From assembly GCA_951406725.2 (NCBI GenBank), contig OX597824.1, forward strand, positions 6,262,001-6,326,000: DNA of 64,000 nt, written 5' to 3'. Positions 12,791 through 26,040 of the stretch are shown one piece after another (within the stretch, counting starts at the first letter, position 1; each line of letters opens with the position of its first letter). The notes beneath the pieces were generated by a model, which was given only the letters and a program-made list of their open reading frames with translations, was not told the origin of the DNA and did not search any database. This DNA is from Octopus vulgaris (lineage: Eukaryota). A program made the translations under genes and the position numbers.

Positions 12791-13695
12791 CGTCCTCATT
12801 AAGGGTCATCGGACAAAGTACTTTCGTATCTTTGTTCCGGCTATTCACGTTTTGAGTTCAAATTCCGCCAAGGTCAACTTTTTCCTCATCCTCCGGGGTC
12901 GATAAAATGAATTATCAGTCAAGTAATACACAGAGTGATGTCAATTTATTAAGTTGAAACTTGAAGTAGATAAAAACTATAAATAATAGCAGATAGAATA
13001 TGGCTTTCTGCCTACATCTTAAGTTATTGTTGTTGCTGTTGCTGCTGTTTTTGTTCAACATTTGGTAGTTTCAGGCAAATTTCTACTGCATCAGTTACTG
13101 CAACTCCGTGTTGCTGAGGGGGGGCGGTGCAGCATCGTGTGCTCTGTTTTTGTTGTTAGGAGTTTGCAAACTCTTCTCTGTTGTGTTATTGCATCAGTTT
13201 CATTTTTTACGGAGTCTGCTGCAGTTTTTTGTGGTATTAGTGTTTTTATTGTATGTTGTGTGTGTAATGCGTTGGGTAAGCGAGCTACTGGTGGTAGTTT
13301 ATTTCATTGGATATTTGCTATATGGAGTGTGGCTTGTGTTTGTGAATTGTTTTGTTTGAGTTGTAGTTTTGAATTGATAATCTCTGTGGTTTTACTTTGC
13401 TTGAACATCTTACTTCTCCCAGATTGTCGCTTCGACCCATAGATTTATTATACGAATGATTAATGGCATAAATTTCAGTCCACCATCAGGAACCGAAGGC
13501 TTCGAAGCATTTGTTCTAAAGTCTGATTTTGGAAGAGATGTTCCCATCTGCACACAGCTAATCTATTTGTGCATGCGTTTATGAATTGGTGTGTGTTTGA
13601 TCAATATTCCGTCAGTCCTTGTATAAAGTCATTTACTATTTCTACAGACATGAAGTAGATCAAAAGATGTCCCTCTATAATACCAGCTCCAATAT

Positions 13696-13903
13696 ACTCT
13701 TTTACTCTTTTACTTGTTTCAGTCATTTGACTGCGGTCATGCTGGAGCACCGCCTTTAGTCGAGCAAATCGACCCCAGGACTTATTCTTTATAAGCCCAG
13801 TACTTATTCTATCAGTATTTTGCCGAACCGCTAAGTGACGGGGACGTAAACACACCAGCATCGGTTGTCAAGCAATGCTAGAGGGACAAACACAGACACA
13901 CAA

Positions 13904-13946
<43 letters not shown>

Positions 13947-14050
13947 TACGACAGGCTTCTTTCAGTTTCCGTCTACCAATCCACTCACAAGGCATTGGTC
14001 GGCCTGGGACTATAGCAGAAGACACTTGACTAAGATGCCACGCAGTGGGA
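13696..14050 (-). mobile_element. SINE family B, full length
   Basis: Tail (ctctttta)n through head cagccactcctgcgcc. Confidence 0.9.
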
Positions 14051-14820
14051 CTGAACCCGGAACCATGTGGTTGGTTAGCAAGCTACTTACCACACAGCCA
14101 CTCCTGCGCCTAATATTTACATATTAGATAAGTACTTCTCGTTCAACAAGGTGTTTGCCTTACAGGTAATACAATGCACATTGTGCAGTACAATAAAAGC
14201 CGAGCTAATAGCTTTTGCTGCGGCAGTTCTTGACGTTCGAGCAATATTTTCTTTTGTCAATGTCTTCGGAAGTTACTGTTACTAAATGGTGTCACAATTA
14301 AAGTCTTAGCGATGTTTGACCTGCAAATCTCAATTAACTACAGATTATTGTACACCATTATTGCTTAAATGTGTTATTGTGATATACAAAAGTAACAATT
14401 TTCCTACCATTACTGTGACTTCAATTGGATGAATAATAAATTATTATTCTTTGGTTGTAACAACAGTAAATCTGGGGAAGAGGTTAATGCTCTTAAGAAT
14501 GTCTATTGGCGTGTTTCTCAATGCTAAATGAATTTAAATATGTAAATGTATTATTCGCATTCAGTTTGCGAATCACCTGATGTGAGTTACTCTATGTGGT
14601 TGCTTGGCCTACTAGATATAACAGTTAAATTTTTCCATATCATGTAAATTTGTCCTTGATAAAACAGGATGAAAAAGCGAGGATGTTGATGACTGCAACG
14701 TCGTCGGAGATGGATATGTCCGATTAAAACTTACATGAGACTAAATTGTAGCGACTTCAAATATTAAAATTTGGTCATTCCATTGGCAATGTACTTAGCC
14801 ATTTTGATATCCGTGTCTTA

Positions 14821-14980
14821 AGGTGGTGAGCTGGAAGAACCGGGCAAATATTTCGCGGCATTTCGTCCGTCTTTAAGTCCGGAATTCAAATTCTGCTTAG
14901 GTCATTCACCATTTCAGAGTCGATAAAATAAGTACTAGAGGAGTACCCCTTACCCTCTTGGGCTAAAATTTGAAATCAAT
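14821..14980 (+). mobile_element. Degenerate SINE family A
   Basis: ggtggtgagctgg...ttcaaattctgc...gtcgataaaataagtac. Confidence 0.7.
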
Positions 14981-16089
14981 ATCCATGAATGATCTTAACA
15001 AATCATTCAGTGATTCACCGAATACGATGTTTTTGTATACTTTTAAGCGGCTGACATCCTTCATGTTACGGCCTGAAGCATTTTAAGAAAAGATGTTTTT
15101 ATCAAGACGGTAAATAATGAAATAGCACGTGTGGGAATTGAAGCTGTGTTCAATAATTGGTGAATGATTGCGACTAATCTTAATAGTTTAGATTTTCATA
15201 TAACAAAAATTTAGTGAAAGCTTAATTTTCACTTCTCCAAAATAGAACCCACAAGTTGTTTAATATCGACCAGAGACTAACGACAAGCTGTAACTACTTA
15301 GATTTACGGTCTTTAGCGATTTGCCACTAATTGAATTATGCCCGCTTTTGAGTTCGAAAATATAAAAGCGGATCTCTAAAACTATTGGATTTCTAGATAT
15401 TACAGGATCGAAGATACGCAAAAACACGCATCTACAAAGAATATAAACTTAAATTATCGTATATTCAATCGTAACATTGATTCGTTAGCCGTTTTTTTTA
15501 ATCGACATGTGTCAGAAAGAGATAAATGTCTTGCGAAGTAATATGGGACTTCAATCTATTTCCAGGTTTCACTGATCAAAACTCTATCTACAAAAAAACA
15601 AGCTCAGTATTTCATCGTATCTCTAGAATCAATACACACACACACATACAGACACACACATACCGACTCACAATCTGACAGTCAAACACACACATGCACA
15701 CATACACTCGCACACACGCATGTAAGTAGATGCCAGTGAATGTCGACATGCCTAAATGCATATACCGTTTATATGTGTGTGTGCGCATGAGTGTGTATGC
15801 GCGCTTGTGCGTATTCGTGCGAGCATGCGTGTTTGTGTGTGTGTGTACTTATATGCCTGCATTTGTGTGTGTATGAATGAATGTATATATACACACAATA
15901 AGATGGGTGAATTGCTACCTTTACTGAAATTGCGATCGAATAATTATCAATATATTCCCATAAAGATATCGGAATCGTATTAAATGGATTCTGATAATAA
16001 ACGAATGCACTCATACACATATGTGGCCCTTTACACTCACTCGGGGTTAAAATGGCGAGGATGACCATGGAAAGATTGTCTCTATAGAA

Positions 16090-16236
16090 TGTTATATTGT
16101 TGTAATCGAAATGAAAAAAAAAATTACATGTTGACACTCGTGGGGTTTAATGCTTTTTACCTCGTGAAATTTCATTTGATTTGGCCCAGCCGTTTGAGAA
16201 TGCATTGGGAACAGACAAACAGACAGACAGACAAGG

Positions 16237-16245
<9 letters not shown>
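16090..16245 (-). mobile_element. Probable non-autonomous Helitron 5'-end remnant
   Basis: aaatttcatttgatttggcccagccgtttgaga...(ACAG)n...tttatatata mirrors the (acag)n..tttatatataaaga end of the Helitron at 46474-46756. Confidence 0.4.
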
Positions 16246-16320
<75 letters not shown>

Positions 16321-16327
16321 AAAAAAA

Positions 16328-16460
16328 GCAACAAAATGGATCAATATTTGAAACAATTGTACCGAAATATTGATCCATTTTTGTTGCATTTTCTTGTTTA
16401 TAATCACCCGCATTATCTTATGGTTAATACCATATAGATTTCTGGTGCATCTAAGTTATA
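16328..16460 (+). mobile_element. Palindromic PLE-like mini-element with the 3' half of an HHR
   Basis: Arms gcaacaaaatggatcaatattt / aaatattgatccatttttgttgc around GAAA-caattg-TA; the downstream ttataatcaccc...taataccata...ttctggtgc is shared with 60047-60100. Confidence 0.65.
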
Positions 16461-16504
16461 CGTATTCATGTAATTCAACAGAACTCATAGTTAGTTAGTT
16501 AGTT

Positions 16505-16688
16505 AATCCAAACAAGAAAGCACAAAAAAAAAAACACAACAACGCGAGGACGTGGAACAAATATAGTATTATTGGACGCTCAGGAGAGAAGGAAAGGAGG
16601 AGGGTTTAACGTTTCGAGCGGAGCTCTTCGTCGGAAGCATAGGAGAAGGAAAGATCCAGAGAAGGGAAGACAGAGGAAAAAAATCGCC
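16505..16688 (-). mobile_element. Short PLE-terminal-like element with minimal HHR motif (16604-16638)
   Basis: Minus strand gctt-CCGACGA-a-gagc-tcc-gctc-GAAA-cgt-t-aaac; the tail is repeated at 34207-34260. Confidence 0.65.
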
Positions 16689-16752
<64 letters not shown>

Positions 16753-17335
16753 TTATGCATACCTGTGTATTTATGTGTGTACAGGGTGAAATATTAGCTA
16801 GTTATTTGGAGTCACCAAAATGTATGAGCTGTAGGTGAAATAATATTCGTATCATGAAACTAGATCGACTAGCCATAACTTTAGCTTAACTAACAGGATG
16901 ACTTTAAAAGAAAGACGAGCGAAATGTAGATAACATCGGACAGATACGCATATATCTGATGTATGTGATGAATAAAGAAAGAAAGGGAAAAAGGAAGGAA
17001 GGAAGGGGAAAGAGATTATCACCTAACCATATTGACGTAGAGAAAGACCAGTAGAATCAAACAAGGTCCGCCGCCAGCCGGGTGTTTGTCGATGAATATA
17101 TAATTTTAGGAATGATAAGACCCACTCTGTATATATGTCGTAAAATCAATGTATATCAGACATACATACACATACACACACGCACACGCAAACACACACA
17201 CACACAAATACACACACACAAATACACACACACTCTCACATACACACACACAAATACACACTCACACACATATATAAATATACATATACATATGTATGCA
17301 TACATATATATACGCATATATACATTTATACACAC

Positions 17336-17389
<54 letters not shown>

Positions 17390-17499
17390 TGTAAATTTAG
17401 CGCGTGAATACCTCATAAGTGTAAGCACCTGTATATGCCAGATAGCGGCAGAGGTGAGAGAATATATCAAATATATGTTTGATATATATATATATATAT

Positions 17500-17650
17500 A
17501 TAGCAATTGCAGCGTGGAAGGTGTTTGTAAGGCATTTAAGAAACACACAAAAACCGTTAGATTCACTTCAACATTTAAATTTGATTTGCCAAAATAATTT
17601 CGTCGCTTTGAGATCGCGACCTGTTCACTGAAAAAATTCCGTGCTGCAGC
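17500..17650 (-). ncRNA. HHR-like motif with a G3:C8 swapped core (17584-17637)
   Basis: Minus strand atttttca-GTGAACA-g-gtcgc-gatctcaaa-gcgac-GAAA-ttat-TT-tggcaaat; adjoins (TA)n. Confidence 0.6.
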
Positions 17651-17746
17651 ATATGTGTGTACACGCGCGTTTTTCTGTATATGTATACGTATATGTGTGT
17701 ACGTGCGCGCGTGTGTGTATTGATTTCAAATTTTAGCACAATTCTA

Positions 17747-18088
17747 TTAGTTAGTTAGTTAGTTAGATAGTTAGTTAGTTAGTTAATTTTTGGCTCAAAA
17801 AGCAAAAAGCAAGGCCATGTTGGGGGACATGGAGTTATGTACAGGGTGGTGTTCATGTAAAGAGTTCTGGCCACTTGTGGTCAAGGGAGACTTTGAACCG
17901 AGCGGTCGATGGCATCTTCACTATCTCGTCCGGCAGCTTATTCCACGGATCCGCAACCCGGACGGGGAAAGCCCCTCTCCTTCGATTGAGATGAAATCGT
18001 CGCAGATAGAGCTTTTTGGAGTGACCCCGCAGCCGACGCTCTGGAGCAGGAGTGAAGAACAGCTCTTTCGAGAGGTTACACTTTCCGC
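17747..18088 (-). mobile_element. 5'-truncated CR1-clade LINE 3' end with (CTAA)n tail
   Basis: Minus translation GKCNLSKELFFTPAPERRLRGHSKKLYLRRFHLNRRRGAFPVRVADPWNKLPDEIVKMPSTARFKVSLDHKWPELFT* (stop at 17853-17855) has the CR1 ORF2 C-terminal RGH..KL/WN.LP/FK..LD pattern; short 3' UTR; inserted into an old SINE A (17722-17741 and 18090-18243). Confidence 0.85.
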
Positions 18089-18289
18089 ATTTGAAGGAGG
18101 GAGTAAGTCTATTACTTCTACCCCAATCGCACTAATTTCATTCCCGAAGGGGAGGAAATGTAAAGTCGACCTCTGCAGAATTTGAACTCAAAGCGTAACG
18201 ACAAACAGAATGTCGCTAAAAATTATGTGCCCTCACCGCCTTACATAGAGTCGTGACCAAAACTTTGGGACATTTTTTAAAAATTGATA

Positions 18290-18897
18290 TTTATTCTTTT
18301 ATTGCCAGCAGGGGGGCCAAACATAGAGGTGACAAACAAAGGGATTAAGTTGATCACATCAACTCCAGTGCGTAACTGATACTTATTTAATCGACCCCGA
18401 AAGGATGAAAGGCAAAGTCGACCTCGGCGGAATTTGAACTCAGAACGTAACGGCAGAGGAAATACCTATTTCTATTTCTTTACTACCCTCAAGGGGCTAA
18501 ACACAGAAGGGACAAACAAGGACAGACAAACGGATTAAGTTGATTATATCAACCCCAGTGCGTAACTGGTACTTATTTAATCGACCCTGAAAGGATAAAA
18601 GGCAAAATCGACCTCGGCTGAATTTGAACTAAGAACGTAGCGGCAGACGAAATGCTGCTAACCATTTTGCTCGCTTAGTTAATGTTTCTATCTACCTATC
18701 TATCTAATTAACATTTATTTCTTTATTGCCCAAAGGCGGCTAAACATGGAAGGGATTAAAGATAAAGGGATTAAGTCGATTACATCGACCCCCAGTGCGT
18801 AATCGACCCAGAAAAGATGAAAGACAGCGTCGAACTCGGTGGAATTTGAACTGAGAATTTCGCCCGGCGTGCTACCGATTCTGCCTGCTCGCCACCT
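18290..18897 (-). mobile_element. SINE family A cluster: dimer 18290-18690 plus monomer 18714-18897
   Basis: Three copies of the gaaaggatgaaaggcaaagtcgacctcggcggaatttgaact motif. Confidence 0.85.
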
Positions 18898-19211
18898 TCT
18901 AACGAATTAATATTGTTATGCTCACGTACAATTCGATTCAAACATAATATATAACATTTCAATCAGAAGATATTAATCCACTGGATCAATTATTAGGTAT
19001 GTGCATCTCTACGTTCTATGTATTTGAATCGTATTGTACTTGGGCATAATGTTCCGAGATTTTTTGCCACGGCGTATATTAAAAGACAAAAATTCAATTT
19101 ATATGAGAGAGAGATAACTGACCTACGTCATCAATACTGACCTCCGTCATCAATCTATAAGACTGCAAGAAAGTACTTAGCTACAAATTTAAGGACACAG
19201 CTATAGCGTTA

Positions 19212-19606
19212 CTAGCAGTATCGCTTAGCGTTGCCCGGACCCTTTCTTTTCGACCCTTTAGAATTGGAATTTTTGAAAATTATAAATGTTGCATTATGTA
19301 GCTTGTTATTCTCTTTAAGTGAACATTTTTCTGGTTGAAATACACCGAAAAATAGCGACACAGCATTCAGAAAATCGTAATAAATAGGGATTTTCATAGA
19401 AAAAAAGCACCTTTTTGATGTAAATAATTTTTGGTCTTAACATGGTCCGATTTGAATTTGTCTTCTACGGAATGAAGAGCAAGCCTTCTCCTATCATACT
19501 CTCAATTTTGGTCAACTTGCACCGCAGGGTCTCAGAGGAGATGGTGTTAGTTGAAGGCTACCAAACCTGCCATACACAGACAACTTCAGCTTCAAATAGA
19601 GAGAGA
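19212..19606 (-). mobile_element. Non-autonomous Helitron
   Basis: On the minus strand A|TC...ccgggcaacgctaagcgatactgCTAG|T; 3' end shared with the 37301 and 46474 copies. Confidence 0.75.
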
Positions 19607-19822
19607 TTTAACAGACGCACGGAACCATCTCTTACGATAATAAAGACGCCAGTGCGTTCCTTAATCATAATTCGTATCTCTAAATCACAAATTCTTAAAG
19701 TAAGACTTAGAGATAACTGTTTTCTGTCTCACTTTTCTAAAAATAATATTGCACGCAGAAAAATGAATTGAAAAAAGCAACTGACGGCTTAAGAGATATT
19801 GTAACTATACAATGTAGAATAT

Positions 19823-20047
19823 AGGAGGCACATGGCCTACTGGTTAGAGCAGCGGACTCGTGGTCGACGGATCGTGGGTTCGAATCTCAGGTCGGGCGAT
19901 GTGTGTGTTTATGAGCGAAACACCTAAGCTCCATGCGGCTCCGGCAGAAGGTAATGGCGAACTTCTGCTGACTCTTTAGAATAAAGGCGGTGCTCCAGCA
20001 TGGCCACAGTCAAATGACTGAATCAAGTAAAAGAGTAAAAGAGAGAG
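19823..20047 (+). mobile_element. Chimeric SINE: family C tRNA head plus family B 3' tail
   Basis: ggaggcacatggcctactggttagagcagcggactc...ggttcgaatctc...aacacctaagctcc, joined near 19980 to aaaggcggtgctccagcatggccacagtcaaatgactg...(gtaaaaga)n. Confidence 0.8.
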
Positions 20048-21196
20048 TATAGAAAATTTATAGAAGTCATCTTAGAAAAGAGCAACAGAAATTCTTCGTC
20101 ACATTCTCTGTAAAATGGCTTAGTCTGAAAGATGCAGATATTCTCCGCCCCCAGTCACAAATATACAGGAGTCAGCATTAATCCAAATATTTATACGTAC
20201 AACACGAGCGCATGAAGGATTTGTATCATCAACCTCGATTAAGTGAAACATGGGATTGTGCATTCTTATCGAGTAGTTGTACTGCAAATGCACCCAAACG
20301 TATTTAAAATGGTCAAATAATGCTATATATCTATTTCTATAGTTAATATACTTCTATTACATAGGAGCACACACACACAGGTGTATCTCTATCAATCTTT
20401 CCGTATATCTATCTACTTTTTTGCCAATGTGTGCGTGTGTAGATAGATAGCTAGATAGATAGATAATCACTTATTATATTCGAATATTCTCAAACCTATA
20501 CATACACGTATTTCTAAAAATTATCGCGCACAAATATGTATGTGGGGGTAAGGTGAGTATGTTAGTTGACTGGGTGAGTGTAGGGGTGTGAATTTATGTA
20601 TTTGCATATAAATATATATATATATATATGTATCTATCTGAGTATACGGCACAAGATTTACATTTTACAATATATTCAGGAATACACAACATTAGCAGTT
20701 CCGTACAACTTTTTCTATACACGAACAAGGTTACTCTGCAACACAGGATACTTTCTGGGGTTCCAATCTCTTAACATTGCTGAAGGCCATCTGGGATTCT
20801 TACACATTACTGAATCTGTTTCACTGTACAAAAAGAAAATATAGTAAGGTTACCTGACTTCTCAGAATATTACATGATCAATAGGTAACAGATATACTTA
20901 TTTATGCGAATGACGAGAATTTTGGAAACAGAGGTCAGTAGGTATCTCGAAGCATTATTTCTGCAGTCTAAAGTTCAGTAGTTTCATTTAGCTAATCTTG
21001 TTTTCCATTAATATATATTTCTGCGCTTTCGATTAATATATATGTTTCTCTTGCAATATTCATGTAATCTGTGAAAATATGATTCGGCCGTAATGTTGCT
21101 TTATTGGATGGGAAAACGGATATATAATCAGTCGCAGAACATTCGATAATGATACTTTGCCTCCACCTCCTTCTACCGCTTTTGCGCCTACTTCAA

Positions 21197-21570
<374 letters not shown>

Positions 21571-22225
21571 AGACCACGAATGCTACTACCAGTAATCCTA
21601 CAAGTAAAATGATGATGACGATGATGATGGTTTTAAATTTTGGCACAAAGTCAGCAGCTTCACCCGTATTCAACTCATAATCATTCTACCGAGACGAAAG
21701 GATAAAAGGCCAAGTCGACCTCGGTGGAATTTGATCGCAAAACGCACCCGCCTTAAAATGATAATAACAAAAATTTTGAAATCCAGACAACTGCGCTCTC
21801 AGTTGCTAGTATTGTACTTTTCCTTTACTTAATGTAGCCCTCTTTTATAAGGTGCAGTTGATTCCCCCCTGTTTTTGGATGATAGACACACCACAAGATT
21901 CGGTTTTATACCACAATCTAATCTTTGAATGACTTTAGCAGCTTTTGATCTGGTTCCGACACACGAACCAAACGTCTACGCTGGGAATATTCATGTCCTA
22001 TCCATCCGCCATCAATTCTCCCTTGTCTTTTGAAATATCCAAATTCTCCAGTCTCCATCCCTGATCCCGTATATCACTGCTTACTCACGCATAAACCAGG
22101 CATCTTATTTCAGTCATCGACATCCAGTTACTCTGGCTTAAAATTTCTCTCCTTCAGTCCCCAAAATACATCTACACCTTCTATCACTCATCACAGCCCT
22201 CAGATATCCAGTGACTTTTGACGAG

Positions 22226-22277
<52 letters not shown>

Positions 22278-22335
22278 CAGCAGCAACAGCTTTCGAAAGA
22301 AGGTCAAACCAAATAAACGGCATAATTTATTTAAA

Positions 22336-22505
22336 GGTGGCGAGCTGGCCGAAACGTTAGCACGCCAGGCGAGATGCTTCACGGTATTTCGTCTGTCCTT
22401 ATGTTCTGAGTTCAAATTCCGACGAGGTTGACTTGTCCTTTCGGGGTCAACAAATTAAGTACTAGTTGCCTACTGGGATCGATCTCCCCATAAATTTCGG
22501 ACCTT
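22336..22505 (+). mobile_element. SINE family A; another degenerate minus-strand copy lies at 21630-21755
   Basis: ggtggcgagctggccgaaacgttagcacgcc...gagttcaaattcc. Confidence 0.8.
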
Positions 22506-22736
22506 AGAAATTTTTTTTTTTTTCTTTTTTATGTTCTATCAGCATGTGGAGCGTAAAATATGAATTTTCCAGGTCCTCAAACAATGACGTGTAGGAATTT
22601 AGAAAATCACAGGGTGATGGGTTATTTCATATTTACAGACAGTGGACGAGGATGTGATCCCAGTGAATAAAAGATGTCTAAGGAATGTGATTGATATGCA
22701 GCGTGTAAGGGAGAAGGTCTGAAAGTGATCGGTATA

Positions 22737-23125
22737 GGCGCAGGAGTGGCTGTGTGGTAAGTAGCTTGCTAACCAACCACATGGTTCCGGGTTCAGTTTC
22801 ACTGCATGGCATCTTGGGCAAGTGTCTTCTGCTATAGCCCCGGGCCGACCAATGCCTTGTGAGTGGATTTGGTAGACGGAAACTGAAAGAAGCCTGTCGT
22901 ATATATGTACATATATATATGTGTGTGTGTGTCTGTGTTTGTCCCCCTAGCATTGCTTGACAACCGATGCTGGTGTGTTTACGTCCCAGTCACCTAGCGG
23001 TTCGGCAAAAGAGACCGGTAGAATAAGTACTGGGCTTACAAAGAATGAGTTCCGGGGTCGATTTGCTCGACTAAAGGCGGTGCTCCAGCATGGCCGCAGT
23101 CAAATGACTGAAACATGTAAAAGAG
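22737..23125 (+). mobile_element. SINE family B, full length
   Basis: Head ggcgcaggagtggctgtgtgg through tail gactgaaacatgtaaaagag. Confidence 0.9.
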
Positions 23126-25554
23126 TATGGAACTAATATACATTTGGTAAAAATTCAGAGAAATTCGCTCCCACTTCTTATGAAGTGTGTATAATGCTGC
23201 ATTTATCTTCGAAGATCCATTATCATTACTTTACTAATGACATTTTAATTTGAAGCATGAGAAGCCGGCGTCATTATTAGCTTCTATAATAATATTTCAA
23301 TCGTGTAATTTTATTATGTTTGTATCTTCCGTTTAGGACATCAATCTTAGACAAGTTAGTTTAACTTAATGATCGTACAAGTATTTCTTCAACCTTATAA
23401 TAATTGCATACAAAATATTAAATTTATTTCACAGTTCATTGCTAAATACTGTTTGCAGTAAATATTGCGTTCATGATACATTATACGTTGTTAATTTAAT
23501 ATCTACCTCCTTCAATTACTGCGCATTAAGTTTAATGAACTGTCAATCCAGCCAGACATTTGCATTTTTTTCTCATTTCATCCACGTATTTCTGTTTATG
23601 ATCTTAAATACTTTTAAAACTGATTTCCATCTTTTACAATTCTTTGTTTCCAAGTTCCGAGTGGAATCCGACATCTCAATAATATATTATGGAAGAACAT
23701 ATTGAAATGGATCAAGAACATAGGATACATACCAATAAATTCTAGACAAACACACCGTACGTTGTAGAAGAAAATTTTTAATTTCTTTCATTTAAACCTC
23801 GTTACGTACCACATAAAGTATCTGCGTGGATTTTGATATATTTTAATAAGTATTTAACATGCTGAATATTATCAATAGAATCATTATTCCAGTCTTGCTT
23901 TCTTCGTGAATATTCATATCTTCTCTATCTTAGCTTAATTTAAAGAAACGTTTATTTCGTTCTCACAGATATTCATTCAACAACGATTTATGCAATGTCC
24001 TCATGGTATAATTTATTTCGATATTTTATATTCCAAACCAGCGAAATCTGACTTCATACATATTTAAGCAAAGAATATTCCAAAGCGAAAAGTAACAAGC
24101 AGTTAAGGGAATTCCCACGTTCTGTTTTTACATGGGAATTGGACATTTGCTGACGGTTTAGATAGAAAGTCTATATAAAGAAAAAAAAGGTGTCACACCC
24201 AAATTTTATGACTGTAACGAAATTCCTACAAAAGCTATGAATGGAAAAGCATACATTTTTATAACATAGGTGTGATAGTAACGTACATATTATGTCCAGT
24301 TATTAATTCCAAAACTTGCAGCAATTGTTAAGAGAAGGAATTCGAATGTGTTCAGTTTTCAAAATCTACATCCACCACATTTATTAGCATTGCAGGTGAT
24401 AAACTGTTCGTCTTGAGTTGCCATTTATTTCTGAAATAGATTAATACGCTGCCAGGATATTGCTTTCTGCTGTAGATGTTTATCGCTAAATGGGCAGAAC
24501 CAAAATGACAGGCGTTGCAATACATCTTTCGACTCCTACATACAACTAATATATGAATTTTTGGCAGACTTATTGATTTTTATGTATGCGAAGATGTAAA
24601 AGAATTACAAACACACACACATGCACGTATATATGTGTATATATGTGTATGTTTGTGTGTGCACTTGTGTTTGAATGTATATACATATGTATGTGTGTAT
24701 AAATTTCTACATACATACATATCTGCATATGTAAACATATTCGTATGCATGTATGTTTGTATGTTTGTATATATGTATGCATGTATGTTTGTAGGTAAGT
24801 ATACATGTATGTATGTGTGTATATAAATATGTATGTATACGGTGTATATACATGCAGATTGATAGCTAAATACATTCAGAGATAGATAACCGGCAATAAT
24901 AAGTCTGCTTCGTTGGGAGCGAGACATAGAACAAAACCTTATACGCAACACCACCGTAAACGCTTTATTATAAAACAAATGCATTTCACCTTCTCTCTGC
25001 AGAGAGAACAGAGCTGTAATTGTGTCAAATCTCCTTTGATTATCAGAGAGAGAATACCATGCGTGGAGGAATTATAGCTAATAGCTATGAATAGTAATAA
25101 AACGTATTGCATTTTCTCAATCCATCGGTTCAATTTGCATAGATATTGGTAGGCTGGTGACTTTCAATTCATTAAATATGCATTAGTGGTCGCCCATTCC
25201 ATGCTCTAGCTTTTCGAAATTTTCTTTCCATCATGCCAGAACCATCACCGTATTGTGGCGATTGAAAGCTAATGTCATTTTCTTCTCTTCCAAGATGAGA
25301 AGTATTATGCAATTTTACTGGTTTCAAATACTATTTCATCTTCAGCAGACACAGAATAATATACGAGAGAAAATTATAACTGAAATATGTATATTAGCAA
25401 GTCCGATAATTTCATTCGTTTCGTTCTATAGTTATTTAATTAAGACGAAACATTTTTAGCAAGGTGTTGTATAATTTTCGCAGTTCTATTCTTCCCGTAC
25501 AAGTTCTTTCTATCAATTTTAAATTTTGAACAAAGTTCCCCTCTTTTCTGACAT

Positions 25555-26040
25555 ATGAAAATGGATTGCCAAGTGGAAAAAAATGAGTTTTTCCGACATC
25601 TGCCTCTCTTCGCTCTCAACGAAATTTCGAAAGTCGCAAAAGCATCTTTAGACATCCGTACTCTTTTCAGAGAAGGTCCAATTATGGCAAAATTGTACGC
25701 AAATACTTTTTATGCTTTAAGGAGGGGAAATTCCACTATACAGACTCTCTGAATTTTTCACGAACTGCGCAATTTAAGACCGAGCAAGCTGATCCACAAT
25801 AGCCCGTGCAAAAAACCGTCGCCCATCATATTCATTCAGTGGGTAAGGTCCATTGAGGCATTCTACTGAAACGACCTGACCCTCGACAGAGTGTGCTTAT
25901 CCAACACGACAACCGCTGCCCACCAACTTGCTAATTTGACCAGAAATACTATTCAAGAGCTCGGTCTTGATGTTCTATCCCAGCCACCGTATGCCCCCGA
26001 TCGAGCACCTTCAAATTATATTTTTTCTATTGCCATCCAA
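25555..26040 (+). pseudogene. Internally deleted mariner transposase remnant
   Basis: N-terminal MDCQVEKNEFFRHLPLFALN..K.AKASLDI and C-terminal LIQHDN...ANLTRNTIQELGLDVLSQPPYAPDRAPSNY. Confidence 0.8.

Noticed and set aside
17747-17785. (TTAG)n resembling a telomeric repeat
   Set aside because: It is the (CTAA)n tail of the adjacent CR1 fragment.
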